Shown here piece by piece: positions 29,339 to 38,342 of a stretch of 57,051 bases of DNA. A model generated the notes under the pieces. The model was not told the origin of the DNA. It saw nothing but the letters and a program-made list of their open reading frames with translations, and did not search any database. Both the position numbers and the translations under genes were made by a program. Position 1 is the stretch's first letter, and the number at the start of each line of letters is the position of its first letter. The DNA is from Christensenella sp. UBA4626 (GTDB taxonomy: Bacteria > Bacillota > Clostridia > Christensenellales > UBA1242): the NCBI GenBank assembly GCA_002406115.1, contig DHNC01000035.1, forward strand, positions 89,349 to 146,399. Direction: 5' to 3'.

Positions 29339-30244
29339 ATGTTAAAAAACTATTTGGATTGTGAAACATATTTACTCATAACAAAATATTTCAGTTTTGC
29401 GGATATAACAGAAATCCGCATGAGATTAAATCAAAAATTGATAGTATGCGTTAAAAATAAAAAGTTTTATCTTAAAAATCAAGACCAGCAATTTGTGATT
29501 GTAACAAAGGCAATGTTGGACAACTTTATGCGAAGAATAAGCGAAAACTCGCTTTATGCCTACAACGAAAGTTTAATTCAAGGCTACATAAGTTTGCCAA
29601 AGGGCATCCGTGTTGGCGTTTGTGGCAATTATGTTTTTGATGAAGATAAACTTGTGACCGTCAAAGATTTCCAGTCGGTAAATATCCGTATTCCGCATCA
29701 GGTTAAAAATTGCAGCCTTAATGCTTATCAATATTTGGTGGATGGCGACAACGTTGAAAATTGCTTGATTGTTTCACCTCCGGGTGCGGGCAAAACAACA
29801 TTTTTGCGTGATTTTGTATTCCAACTTTGCGAGCACAATATTTCCAAAAACATATTGATTGTCGACGAAAGAAATGAAATTTGCTCTTGCGTTGATGGTG
29901 TGCCGGCTTTGTCCCTTGGCGGTTTTTGCGATATTATTGCCAATTGCAACAAGCATATTGCCTTTAAAAATGGCATACGAAGCATGAGCCCGAATATTAT
30001 TGTGACAGACGAATTGGATTTGGAAAAAGACCTAGATATCATAAAAGAGGCTTTGAATAGCGGCATAAAACTGATTGCCACAATCCACGCAAAAGATATG
30101 AACGAATTGAGGCGAAAACCCAGTTTTGAGAGTGTGTTGGACGAAAAATATTTTTCAAGATATGTTGTCCTTGGCACAAGCGAAGGCCCTGGGACATTAA
30201 ATGCCATATTCAATGACAAATTAAATTGCCTTTATTGCAGGTGA
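29339..30244 (+). CDS. spoIIIAA: Stage III sporulation protein AA (ATPase)
   Basis: 301 aa; Walker A SPPGAGKTTFLRD, Walker B IIVTDEL; first gene of an eight-gene spoIIIA-like operon. Confidence 0.9.
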   Translation: MLKNYLDCETYLLITKYFSFADITEIRMRLNQKLIVCVKNKKFYLKNQDQQFVIVTKAMLDNFMRRISENSLYAYNESLIQGYISLPKGIRVGVCGNYVFDEDKLVTVKDFQSVNIRIPHQVKNCSLNAYQYLVDGDNVENCLIVSPPGAGKTTFLRDFVFQLCEHNISKNILIVDERNEICSCVDGVPALSLGGFCDIIANCNKHIAFKNGIRSMSPNIIVTDELDLEKDLDIIKEALNSGIKLIATIHAKDMNELRRKPSFESVLDEKYFSRYVVLGTSEGPGTLNAIFNDKLNCLYCR

Positions 30245-30246
30245 AT

Positions 30247-30720
30247 ATGAAAATCTTTTTGATAATAACCCTTATTGTTGTGATTATGCTGATCGCCGTT
30301 TCGGTCAGCGAACAATATAAGGATAGGTACGATTTTTACTTTAATTTAAAACTCTTCCTTACACAATTAAAATTAAACATTTCGTTTAGGGCGGATAAAC
30401 TGGACAAATTTTTGCAACAAATCAAACCAAAAAAGAATTTCAAAATTTTCATTGCTGCTTATCAGGAATATTTAAAAACAACCAAATTGGATTTGTCTCA
30501 ACTGAAAATTTTGGATGAGGACGAAAGGCAAGAGTTGCACGATATTGTCACAAACATAGGCAAGATGGACAAAACAAACGAGGTTAAACAAATAGAGGGA
30601 TTTGTTTTAAGCATTGAGGAAAAGCAAAATCAAGCATTGCAAGCCAAAACAAAATTATGCCCGATGATAATCAAATTGTCCTTGTTGTTCGCCTTGGCTG
30701 TGGCAATTGTGTTGTGCTAA
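30247..30720 (+). CDS. spoIIIAB: Stage III sporulation protein AB
   Basis: ~157 aa, N- and C-terminal TM helices, position and size match SpoIIIAB; ATG 30247 preferred over 30226. Confidence 0.8.
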   Translation: MKIFLIITLIVVIMLIAVSVSEQYKDRYDFYFNLKLFLTQLKLNISFRADKLDKFLQQIKPKKNFKIFIAAYQEYLKTTKLDLSQLKILDEDERQELHDIVTNIGKMDKTNEVKQIEGFVLSIEEKQNQALQAKTKLCPMIIKLSLLFALAVAIVLC

Positions 30721-30760
30721 ACGGCTGGAAAATATGTTTAAATAACAAAAGCGAGGGATT

Positions 30761-30949
30761 ATGGAAATTATTTTTAAATTGGCTGGCATTGGCTTGATTA
30801 CTTCCATCGTAAATCAAATTTTGAAGTATTGCGGAAAGGAAGAAATCGCCTCAATCACCACTTTGGCGGGTTTGATTATGAGCCTGCTTGTCGTGGTCAA
30901 TTTGGTGCAGCAACTGTTCGACACTGTCAAAACTTTATTTGTGATATAG
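30761..30949 (+). CDS. spoIIIAC: Stage III sporulation protein AC
   Basis: 62 aa two-TM protein IFKLAGIGLITSIVNQILKYCGKEEIA..LFDTVKTLF typical of SpoIIIAC. Confidence 0.88.
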   Translation: MEIIFKLAGIGLITSIVNQILKYCGKEEIASITTLAGLIMSLLVVVNLVQQLFDTVKTLFVI

Positions 30950-30956
30950 GTTAAAT

Positions 30957-31343
30957 ATGACACTGCTTTTAAAGATTGTTGCGGTGGCGTTTGTGACCAT
31001 TTTGGCAAACATCTTGATCAAACAAACAAAGCCGGAAATAGCCTTGATTATTTCAATTGTGGGCGGGCTTTTAATCATAATAATGACCATTGATAGTTTC
31101 AAACAAGTGCTATCAAATTTTTTGCATATATTTCAATCCACCGGCATCAACAACAATCTTTTGACACCTTTGTTTAAGATAATTGCCATCGGATATATTG
31201 CCGAATTTGCTGCAAACATTTGTCAAGACGCTGGGGCAGCAAGCATTGCAGACAAAATCCTATTTTCTGCAAAACTTGTCATCTTGCTGGTTGCCTTGCC
31301 AATCATTACAACCGTTATTGACATGGTGGTGGGGTTGTTATGA
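30957..31343 (+). CDS. spoIIIAD: Stage III sporulation protein AD
   Basis: 128 aa polytopic membrane protein, SpoIIIAC/AD family, operon position. Confidence 0.87.
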   Translation: MTLLLKIVAVAFVTILANILIKQTKPEIALIISIVGGLLIIIMTIDSFKQVLSNFLHIFQSTGINNNLLTPLFKIIAIGYIAEFAANICQDAGAASIADKILFSAKLVILLVALPIITTVIDMVVGLL

Positions 31344-32578
31344 GATATACAAGGGCAAAACATTTCAAAAAACGGCAGGATAAAGGACTATGTATAACCA
31401 TCCTTTCAATGGTGGCAATAATCCTTTGTTGTGCGTTGATTATGCCTCAAAAGGCGTTTTGTGCGGATAGTTCGCTAACAACTATAAGCGAAGAACTTAA
31501 CAATTCGGTTGTAAAGGAACTCGACCAGATAGATTTTAAGCCTTTCAACGACGCAATTGGCGAACTGCAAGACACAAATTCCAACATCTTTTCACTATCC
31601 AACGTGAAAGCGACGGTTTATAGCATAATTAGCGGCGAAAATGCAGTCAATTATTCTTCAATGCTCACCAGTTTGATAGGTTTGATTGGCGGTTCGCTGG
31701 TAAAATTTCTGCCGCTGCTTTCGGCAATTGTCGCAATCGGTGTTATCGGCAATATGCTGAGCGGATTTAAAAGCAAATTTAATGAAAAATCCAGTTCAAA
31801 CCTCATTCAATTAGTGTGTTTTATGGCAGTTTGCGTGCTGATAATTGCCATGGTTAAAAATGTGATTGCCGGGGCAACTGGGGCGGTGACAAATATGTCC
31901 TCGCAAATGAATGCAATTTTTCCAATCCTGCTTACACTTATGATTGGTTTGGGTGCAAACGCAACTGCTTCCGTGTTTCAACCTGTCGTGGCGATAATGT
32001 CAACATACATAGCGGATTTTTTCACCTTTTTTATCCTGCCGCTCTTTATGCTAAGTTTTGTCTTTTCAATCATCGGAAACCTGACAGATAGCATCAAACT
32101 TGACAAATTCAACGCCTTTATATCTAGTTTTTTCAAATGGAGCGTCGGGCTGATTTTTACAATATTTTTTGCTGTTTTTGCTTTGCAAGGCATTTCTGCC
32201 GGCAAATTTGATAGTTTAAGCATCCGCACAACAAAATACACAATCAAAAGTTATGTTCCAGTTATGGGTGGCTATCTTGCTGACGGCATGGATTTGATTT
32301 TAGCAAGCACAGTTTTAATCAAAAACGCAGTGGGCTTTGTTGGTATCTTGATTGTGATAACCACAATAATTTCTCCACTTATTCAAATTGCCTTATTTAG
32401 TCTTATGTTAAAACTTGTTGCGGCAATCTTGCAAACAATGGGGGAAAAGAAAACCTCAAATTTCCTAACTTCAATTTCAAAGTCGATAACCATGCTGTCA
32501 TCCGCAATAATAGCGGTCGGTTTTATGTATTTGTTGTCGGTCGGACTTGTTATGACAAGCGCAAATGTGGTGGTGTAA
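31340..32578 (+). CDS. spoIIIAE: Stage III sporulation protein AE
   Basis: 412 aa; signal/TM then multi-pass permease-like body, operon position. Confidence 0.87.
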   Translation: MRYTRAKHFKKRQDKGLCITILSMVAIILCCALIMPQKAFCADSSLTTISEELNNSVVKELDQIDFKPFNDAIGELQDTNSNIFSLSNVKATVYSIISGENAVNYSSMLTSLIGLIGGSLVKFLPLLSAIVAIGVIGNMLSGFKSKFNEKSSSNLIQLVCFMAVCVLIIAMVKNVIAGATGAVTNMSSQMNAIFPILLTLMIGLGANATASVFQPVVAIMSTYIADFFTFFILPLFMLSFVFSIIGNLTDSIKLDKFNAFISSFFKWSVGLIFTIFFAVFALQGISAGKFDSLSIRTTKYTIKSYVPVMGGYLADGMDLILASTVLIKNAVGFVGILIVITTIISPLIQIALFSLMLKLVAAILQTMGEKKTSNFLTSISKSITMLSSAIIAVGFMYLLSVGLVMTSANVVV

Positions 32579-32579
32579 A

Positions 32580-33053
32580 ATGAAAGCATATGTGATAAGT
32601 ATTTTGGGCATTACAATGTGCGGCGTTTTGATTGAAATCATTTTGCCGTCAGGCAGCACAAGCAAATATGTCAAAAGCATTTATGCTGTGTTTGTCATTG
32701 CTGTGATATTAAATCCTGTAATTCAATTCTTTGCCAAAAACAAAGGCATGGATATAAAATATAACGACATAGAAATCAGCAACAAATTGATTGATTATAT
32801 CAACACACAAAAGGTTGAATCCGTAAAATCCAGCATCATTTTGGAGTTGAATCAGCAAGGAGCAGAGAATGTCGACATAATATTAAATTTTGAGCAACAA
32901 AACAACCAAATAATCTATAAATCGTGCATTGTCGACTTGAAAAACTTAACATATACACCTTCGGACAAGCATATTAGTAAATATGAGTTGATAATTGATG
33001 TGATAAAACAACATACAAATTTAACTGACGAGGTGATAATTTTCAATGAGTGA
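32580..33053 (+). CDS. spoIIIAF: Stage III sporulation protein AF
   Basis: ~157 aa; two N-terminal TM helices then soluble ring-building-motif-like domain; ATG 32580 preferred over 32565. Confidence 0.8.
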   Translation: MKAYVISILGITMCGVLIEIILPSGSTSKYVKSIYAVFVIAVILNPVIQFFAKNKGMDIKYNDIEISNKLIDYINTQKVESVKSSIILELNQQGAENVDIILNFEQQNNQIIYKSCIVDLKNLTYTPSDKHISKYELIIDVIKQHTNLTDEVIIFNE

Positions 33054-33501
33054 CAACGAAAAAAAATTCAAATTTAAATGGTTTGAAAAACTTAAAAATG
33101 TTAAGCACATTGAAATATATGTCTGCGTGTTGTTTGTTGTTGTTTTGATGCTGATATTCCTTTCGACATCACAAAGTTCAACTTCAAAATCCAAAAGTCA
33201 ACAAACCACAAACAATCAATCTACCATAACCGGCTATATAAGCCAACTGGAAGATGATTTGGAAGAGGTTTTGTCCAACATCGGCGGGGTGTCTGATGTT
33301 AAGGTGTTGATTAGTTTGGATACGAAGCAATTTAGTGTTGACAAAAACGAAATCAGCATGGACACGTTCCCACCAATTAAAGGTATCATTATTACAGCCA
33401 AAGGGTTAAATGACACTGCAAGGCGACTCAAAGTGCTGCGTGCTGTTGAGGCAGTAATTGAAGTTACAAATGGTAACATAGAAATTTTATCAAGTGAATA
33501 G
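33046..33501 (+). CDS. spoIIIAG: Stage III sporulation protein AG
   Basis: 151 aa; single TM, then LEDDLEEVLSNIGGVSDVKVLISL..GIIITAKG EscJ/PrgK-like ring motif. Confidence 0.85.
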   Translation: MSDNEKKFKFKWFEKLKNVKHIEIYVCVLFVVVLMLIFLSTSQSSTSKSKSQQTTNNQSTITGYISQLEDDLEEVLSNIGGVSDVKVLISLDTKQFSVDKNEISMDTFPPIKGIIITAKGLNDTARRLKVLRAVEAVIEVTNGNIEILSSE

Positions 33502-33509
33502 GAGGATTT

Positions 33510-33995
33510 ATGAAAAAAGCGTTAACGAAAAAGAAAAAAATCATTATATTGTCAGTTATGGTTGCTTTGTTGCTTGTTACAGGTTATGTAAATGTGGCTT
33601 TGAACAGTTCTTTGTCCGGCAAGAGCCAAACAACAAGCACAACCAGTGCAAACTTTTATGCAACATATCGCACAGAAAGAGAGGCAACAAGAACACAAGA
33701 AATCCAATTTTATGACTCAATTTTGACAAGTGCAACATCAAGTGAATCCGCTAAAAAAGAAGCAGAAGCAAACAAATTGCAACTCATCGACCAAATGGAA
33801 AAAGAAATGGTCGCAGAAGGCATCATTCGTGGCAAAGGTTTTAGCGATGCAGTGATTTCATCATCAAATTCTAACATCAATGTGTTTGTTCAGGCGGCTG
33901 AACTCACAAAGGCAGAAGTTGCGCAAATTGCAAGCGTTGTAACCAGACAATTGGGCTGCGAACTTGACAAAGTTATCATTATACCGTCTGTATAA
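33510..33995 (+). CDS. spoIIIAH: Stage III sporulation protein AH
   Basis: 161 aa; N-terminal TM, FYATYRTEREATRTQE..LIDQMEKE..GFSDAV typical SpoIIIAH. Confidence 0.85.
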   Translation: MKKALTKKKKIIILSVMVALLLVTGYVNVALNSSLSGKSQTTSTTSANFYATYRTEREATRTQEIQFYDSILTSATSSESAKKEAEANKLQLIDQMEKEMVAEGIIRGKGFSDAVISSSNSNINVFVQAAELTKAEVAQIASVVTRQLGCELDKVIIIPSV

Positions 33996-34052
33996 TTGAG
34001 CAAAACGACCTGCGGCAAAATCACCAAAACAAAAATATGTTTTTTAAAATGT

Positions 34053-34082
34053 TTGCTAATTATTTGCCATATGTGTTATACT
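34053..34082 (+). promoter_or_regulatory. Sigma-A-type promoter for asp23-nusB-xseAB-proS (TTGCTA-18 nt-TATACT, TGn)
   Basis: -35 TTGCTA 34053-34058, 18-nt spacer, TG 34074-34075, -10 TATACT 34077-34082. Confidence 0.6.
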
Positions 34083-34098
34083 AATCACAGAGGTTTTT

Positions 34099-34455
34099 AT
34101 GGCACAAATTAAAAATATTAACGGTGAAAACGAAACATTGATAAACAAAAATATGGTTGTTTCAATCATCAGCCTTGCAACAAAAGAAATTGATGGCGTC
34201 ATTGATCTTTATCAGCCAAAACGCTTTTTCTTCAAAAAGATTTTCGATTCCAACATCGGCAGGGGCGTAAGGGTTAAATATACAAAATTTGGCGTTGTTA
34301 TTGATATCTATGTGGTGGTTGACACTGACGTTGAAGTGGGCGACATTGTTTATCGCATACAACAAAACGTTAAAAACAGCATAAATTCATTGCTGCCATT
34401 AAAGATTGTGTCAATAAATGTCCACATTATGGATGCTGAAAAAAATTCTCTCTAA
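34099..34455 (+). CDS. Asp23/Gls24-family (alkaline shock) protein, YqhY-like
   Basis: 118 aa; VVSIISLATKEIDGV.., GVRVKYTKFGVVIDIYVVV pattern; sits before nusB as yqhY does in Bacillus. Confidence 0.85.
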   Translation: MAQIKNINGENETLINKNMVVSIISLATKEIDGVIDLYQPKRFFFKKIFDSNIGRGVRVKYTKFGVVIDIYVVVDTDVEVGDIVYRIQQNVKNSINSLLPLKIVSINVHIMDAEKNSL

Positions 34456-34494
34456 ACGAGAGAGTTTTTGTATTTAATTCACATAGGAGATTGT

Positions 34495-34866
34495 ATGAAA
34501 AGAACAGAAATGCGTGAACTTGCATTTAAAACTATTTATTCAAGATTTTTCAATCCAGACGACGTCGACGTGTTGGAAAACGCTGATGCTGATGCGCTTG
34601 ATTTCGTGCACAAGATTTTAAACAATTTTGCAAGCCATTATCAAGAAATTAACGACAAAATTTCCGCAAAACTCAAAGGATACACCATTGAAAGATTGTT
34701 CAAAGTTGACCTTGCTATTTTGGTTTTGGCTGTCATCGAGTTGGATTATATTAAAGAAACTCCAAAACAAGTTGAAATAAACGAATGTGTTGAATTGGCA
34801 AAGAAATATTCAACTGACAAAAGTCCAAAGTTTATCAATGGCGTTTTGGCAGATTTGTACAACTAA
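34495..34866 (+). CDS. nusB: Transcription antitermination factor NusB
   Basis: ~123 aa; RELAFKTIYS.., ERLFKVDLAILVLAVIEL, FINGVLADL; ATG 34495 after GGAGA RBS preferred over 34468. Confidence 0.92.
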   Translation: MKRTEMRELAFKTIYSRFFNPDDVDVLENADADALDFVHKILNNFASHYQEINDKISAKLKGYTIERLFKVDLAILVLAVIELDYIKETPKQVEINECVELAKKYSTDKSPKFINGVLADLYN

Positions 34867-34867
34867 C

Positions 34868-36043
34868 ATGAAAGTATTTACAGTATCTCAAATAAATAAA
34901 CTTATAAAAGACCTTATTGACAACGAAATCATTTTGGAGGATGTTACAGTCACCGGTGAGTTGTCAAGTTTTTCTATTACAAGAGGTATTGCTTATTTCA
35001 CCTTAAAAGATAACGAAAATATGCTTTCTTGCTTGCAATTTGGGGCAAAACAGGATTATAAAATAGGCGATATGGTAGAATGCCGAGGGAATATAAAATA
35101 CTATCCAAAAGGCGGCAAATTATCGCTAAATGTTATAAGAATGGAACTTTGCGGTCAGGGTGCACTGTATCAACAATTTATCGAATTGAAAGAGAAATTG
35201 AGCAAAGAAGGGTTGTTTGATGAAACTCATAAAATCCCTTTGCCGAGATTTGTCAATTCGATAGGCGTGGTTACAAGTGCAACAGGCGCAGTGTTGCAGG
35301 ATATCAAGAATATCACTTCAAGACGCAATCCAAACCTTGATATTTATGTCTACGACGCACAGGTTCAAGGCAAATTTGCCGTAGAGCAAGTTATTCAAGG
35401 TATAACTTATTTTGACAATTATTCGGACGTCGATGTCATAATCGTTGCACGTGGTGGCGGAAGTATTGAAGATTTGGCACCATTTAATGATGAAAAGTTG
35501 GCAAGAATAGCATATATTTGTAACAAGCCGCTTATAAGTGCGGTGGGGCATGAAACTGATTTTAGTATTCTTGATTTTGTGGCCGATTTGCGTGCACCAA
35601 CCCCAAGTGCGGCGGCCGAGTTGGTTACTTATGATAAAAACGATTTGATAAAATTTGTTAAAGACCATTTGCAAAAAATCGAAACAATGGTTGTAAATAA
35701 ATATCAGACGCTTGAAAATAAAAATCAAATGTCGATTGTAAATATCGAAAAGCAGGTAAATTCACTTATAAATGAAGAAATTTTAAACTTAAATGATTTG
35801 CTAAATCGTTGCGATGTTGCGATTGATAAGTTGGTTGATAACACTATATATAGGGTAAATATGTCAATCAATACACTGGATAAACTCAACCCAGCAAAAA
35901 TTATGGCAAAGGGTTATGCTTATGTAAGTAAGGATGACAAGCCGCTTGACGGTGGCAATATTGACGTTGATGATAAAGTTCAAATTGTTACTAATGATGT
36001 AAAATTGGATGCTTTAATCACAAAAAAGGAGAAAATATGTTAG
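34868..36043 (+). CDS. xseA: Exodeoxyribonuclease VII large subunit
   Basis: ~391 aa; MKVFTVSQINKLIKDLID.. OB-fold N-terminus, VARGGGSIEDLAPFNDE, SAVGHETDF motifs; track start 34787 lies inside nusB. Confidence 0.93.
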   Translation: MKVFTVSQINKLIKDLIDNEIILEDVTVTGELSSFSITRGIAYFTLKDNENMLSCLQFGAKQDYKIGDMVECRGNIKYYPKGGKLSLNVIRMELCGQGALYQQFIELKEKLSKEGLFDETHKIPLPRFVNSIGVVTSATGAVLQDIKNITSRRNPNLDIYVYDAQVQGKFAVEQVIQGITYFDNYSDVDVIIVARGGGSIEDLAPFNDEKLARIAYICNKPLISAVGHETDFSILDFVADLRAPTPSAAAELVTYDKNDLIKFVKDHLQKIETMVVNKYQTLENKNQMSIVNIEKQVNSLINEEILNLNDLLNRCDVAIDKLVDNTIYRVNMSINTLDKLNPAKIMAKGYAYVSKDDKPLDGGNIDVDDKVQIVTNDVKLDALITKKEKIC

Positions 36044-36246
36044 AGCAAAACATAAAGAGATTGGAAGAAATTGCCGATAAACTTGAAAAAGGCACAACTT
36101 TGGACGAAAGCCTTAAATTGTATGAGGAAGGCTGCAAACTTGCAAAATCTTGCTTAAAAGATTTGGAAAAAGCCAAAGGTAAGATTATAATGATAAAGAA
36201 AGATTTTAACGAAAAGGAAGAAAATGATGGAGAACAAAACAAATAA
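36037..36246 (+). CDS. xseB: Exodeoxyribonuclease VII small subunit
   Basis: 69 aa; LEEIADKLEKGTTLDESLKLYEEGCKLAKSC typical XseB; overlaps xseA end. Confidence 0.92.
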   Translation: MLEQNIKRLEEIADKLEKGTTLDESLKLYEEGCKLAKSCLKDLEKAKGKIIMIKKDFNEKEENDGEQNK

Positions 36247-37669
36247 CGATAAACAATTTGTTGGCAACATTGCCGATATTAACGAAAATTTTGCCCAATG
36301 GTACACTGATGTTGTTTTAAAAACTGACATGGTTGACTACGGCCCAGTTAAAGGTACAATGGTCATTAAACCATATGGTTATGCAGTTTGGGAAAATATT
36401 CAAAATTATTATAATAAAGAATTTAAAAAGCAAGGCGTTAAAAATGCATACTTTCCAATGCTGATTCCTGAAAGCTTTTTGAAAAAAGAAGCGGAACACG
36501 TTGAGGGATTTGCACCAGAAGTTGCTGTTGTTACTTATGCCGGCGGCGAAGATTTGGCGGAAAAACTTATAATCCGTCCAACAAGTGAAACAATTATTTG
36601 TGATTGCTATTCAAAATGGATTAAATCATATCGTGATTTGCCAGTTAAAATGAACCAATGGTGCAATGTTGTGAGATGGGAAAAGACAACCCGACCATTC
36701 CTTCGTACAAGTGAATTTTTGTGGCAGGAAGGTCATACTGTTTACGCAACTCCGGTAGATGCAGAGCGTGACACTCAAACTATGCTTAAAGTTTATGCGG
36801 ACGGATTGAAAAATCTTATGGCAATCCCAACGCTCACTGGCAGGAAAACTGAAAACGAAAAATTCGCAGGTGCAAAAGCCACTTACGGCATGGAAGCAAT
36901 TATGCGTGATGGCAAATGTCTTCAAGCGGGCACCACCCACGATTTGGGGCAAAACTTTGCAAAAGCCAGCGGAATAAAATTCCTGAATTCAAAAGGTGAA
37001 TGGGAATACGGATATTCTACAAGTTGGGGTATAAGCACACGTCTTATTGGTGCACTTGTAATGGTGCATGGCGATGAACGTGGCTTGCGTATGCCACCTA
37101 ATGTTGCGCCAATTCAAACCATAATCATACCTATTGCCAGCAAAAAAGAGGGTGTGGTTGAAAAATGTACAGAAGTCTTGAATGAATTATTGTCGGCAGA
37201 TTTGCGTGCTGAACTTGACAATACTAACAACACACCTGGCTGGAAATTTAATGAATATGAAATGAAAGGCGTGCCTCTTCGTTTGGAAATTGGTCCACGA
37301 GATATTGAAAATGGCGTTGCAACCGCAGTTCGCCGTGACACACACGAAAAAGTGCAATTGACTTTAAACAACATTGCTAGCGAAGTTAAAAAATTGTTAG
37401 CAGACATTCAACAAAATATATATAATCAGGCATTGCAAAATTTAAATAATGCCATTGTTGAAACTGATGATTTTGCGGAATTGGTCAAAGAAGTAAATAA
37501 CAAAAAAGTTGCTTTGGCTTACCATTGCGGCAATCCTGAATGCGAAACAGCAATCAAGAATGAAACAACAATCAAAACTCGTGTTATTCATTCATACGAC
37601 GATAAACATAAATGTATTTATTGCGGAAAACCTAGCAAATATCGTGTTTATTTTGGCAAACAATATTAA
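36224..37669 (+). CDS. proS: Proline--tRNA ligase (short archaeal/eukaryote-like type, no INS editing domain)
   Basis: 481 aa class II aaRS; FAQWYTDVV.., RPTSETII, FLWQEGHT, C-terminal zinc-binding CG..C..C..C and terminal Y. Confidence 0.93.
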   Translation: MMENKTNNDKQFVGNIADINENFAQWYTDVVLKTDMVDYGPVKGTMVIKPYGYAVWENIQNYYNKEFKKQGVKNAYFPMLIPESFLKKEAEHVEGFAPEVAVVTYAGGEDLAEKLIIRPTSETIICDCYSKWIKSYRDLPVKMNQWCNVVRWEKTTRPFLRTSEFLWQEGHTVYATPVDAERDTQTMLKVYADGLKNLMAIPTLTGRKTENEKFAGAKATYGMEAIMRDGKCLQAGTTHDLGQNFAKASGIKFLNSKGEWEYGYSTSWGISTRLIGALVMVHGDERGLRMPPNVAPIQTIIIPIASKKEGVVEKCTEVLNELLSADLRAELDNTNNTPGWKFNEYEMKGVPLRLEIGPRDIENGVATAVRRDTHEKVQLTLNNIASEVKKLLADIQQNIYNQALQNLNNAIVETDDFAELVKEVNNKKVALAYHCGNPECETAIKNETTIKTRVIHSYDDKHKCIYCGKPSKYRVYFGKQY

Positions 37670-37680
37670 GATTTTATTTT

Positions 37681-37703
37681 AACCCACCTTGTGGTGGGTT
37701 TTT
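37681..37703 (+). terminator. Intrinsic terminator after proS
   Basis: AACCCACC-TTGT-GGTGGGTT hairpin followed by TTT. Confidence 0.85.
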
Positions 37704-37795
37704 ACAAAATAAGCAAAAACAAGATTATAGATTAAATTGTAAATGATTTTTGTAACAATTTTGGAGCAAAAATACAAAAAAGATGAGGAGACTTT

Positions 37796-38005
37796 ATGAT
37801 AAAATCACTTGACTTATCAATACAAGCATACGCCGAAACTAGACAACAACTTGAAAAATTAAAATTAAAACAAAACACAATGTCTACGGATGAATATAAA
37901 AAAGCACGTAACAAAATTTATAGACAACGATACAAACAACTAAAACAAATAGAAAAAGAATATCCTCTTGAAGAAGAAATTGAAAAGTTTTTAAAAGAAG
38001 CATAG
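37796..38005 (+). CDS. Hypothetical small K/E/Q-rich coiled-coil protein
   Basis: 69 aa; good RBS GAGGAG 5 nt before ATG; no recognisable family; monocistronic between the proS terminator and the tRNA. Confidence 0.55.
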   Translation: MIKSLDLSIQAYAETRQQLEKLKLKQNTMSTDEYKKARNKIYRQRYKQLKQIEKEYPLEEEIEKFLKEA

Positions 38006-38096
38006 TCTACAAAAATAACGCTTTTATAGTGTATTCTTGGTAGCCTATTCGTGGAATAATAATCGAATTATTGTACCTTTACAAGTCTACCAAATC

Positions 38097-38118
38097 AAAA
38101 AACACTGCAAAAGCAGTG
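38097..38118 (-). terminator. Intrinsic terminator of tRNA-Glu (minus strand)
   Basis: CACTGC(38103-38108)-AAAA-GCAGTG(38113-38118); on the minus strand the hairpin is followed by TTTTTT (A-run 38097-38102 on +). Confidence 0.8.
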
Positions 38119-38125
38119 CTTTAAT

Positions 38126-38200
38126 TGGTAGCCTTAACGGGAATCGAACCCGTGTCCCAGCCTTGAGAGGGCCGTGTCCTAACCGCTAGACTATAAGGCC
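38126..38200 (-). tRNA. tRNA-Glu (anticodon CUC), CCA encoded
   Basis: Hand-folded 75-nt cloverleaf: acceptor GGCCTTA/TAAGGCT (G1-U), D-arm GTCT..GGAC with GG, anticodon stem CGGCC/GGCTG, loop CU-CUC-AA, T-arm ACGGG-TTCGATT-CCCGT, A73, CCA. Confidence 0.9.
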
Positions 38201-38286
38201 ATATCGAATATAACTCTGCAAGTCTAGCACAATTTTTTGAAATTTTCAAGTAAATACATAAAGATTATTTAAAATTTATATAAGGC

Positions 38287-38332
38287 TTAACCAACGGTTA
38301 AAATTCAATTTCAGAGTTTAACCATTGGTTAA
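38287..38332 (+). promoter_or_regulatory. Two copies of the palindrome TTAACC-N3-GGTTAA (putative operator pair for the downstream XRE regulator)
   Basis: TTAACCAACGGTTAA at 38287-38301 and TTAACCATTGGTTAA at 38318-38332, centres 31 bp apart, immediately upstream of the XRE ORF. Confidence 0.6.
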
Positions 38333-38342
38333 TATATTTAGT

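Noticed and set aside
33494-33715. 73-aa ORF overlapping the start of spoIIIAH in another frame
   Set aside because: The spoIIIAH frame gives the canonical TM plus conserved SpoIIIAH sequence. The alternative frame is Cys/Asn/Lys-rich with no RBS.
36180-36246. T-box leaders for the aminoacyl-tRNA synthetase genes proS and serS
   Set aside because: proS overlaps xseB, so it has no leader. The serS 5' region lies beyond the window edge and cannot be assessed.
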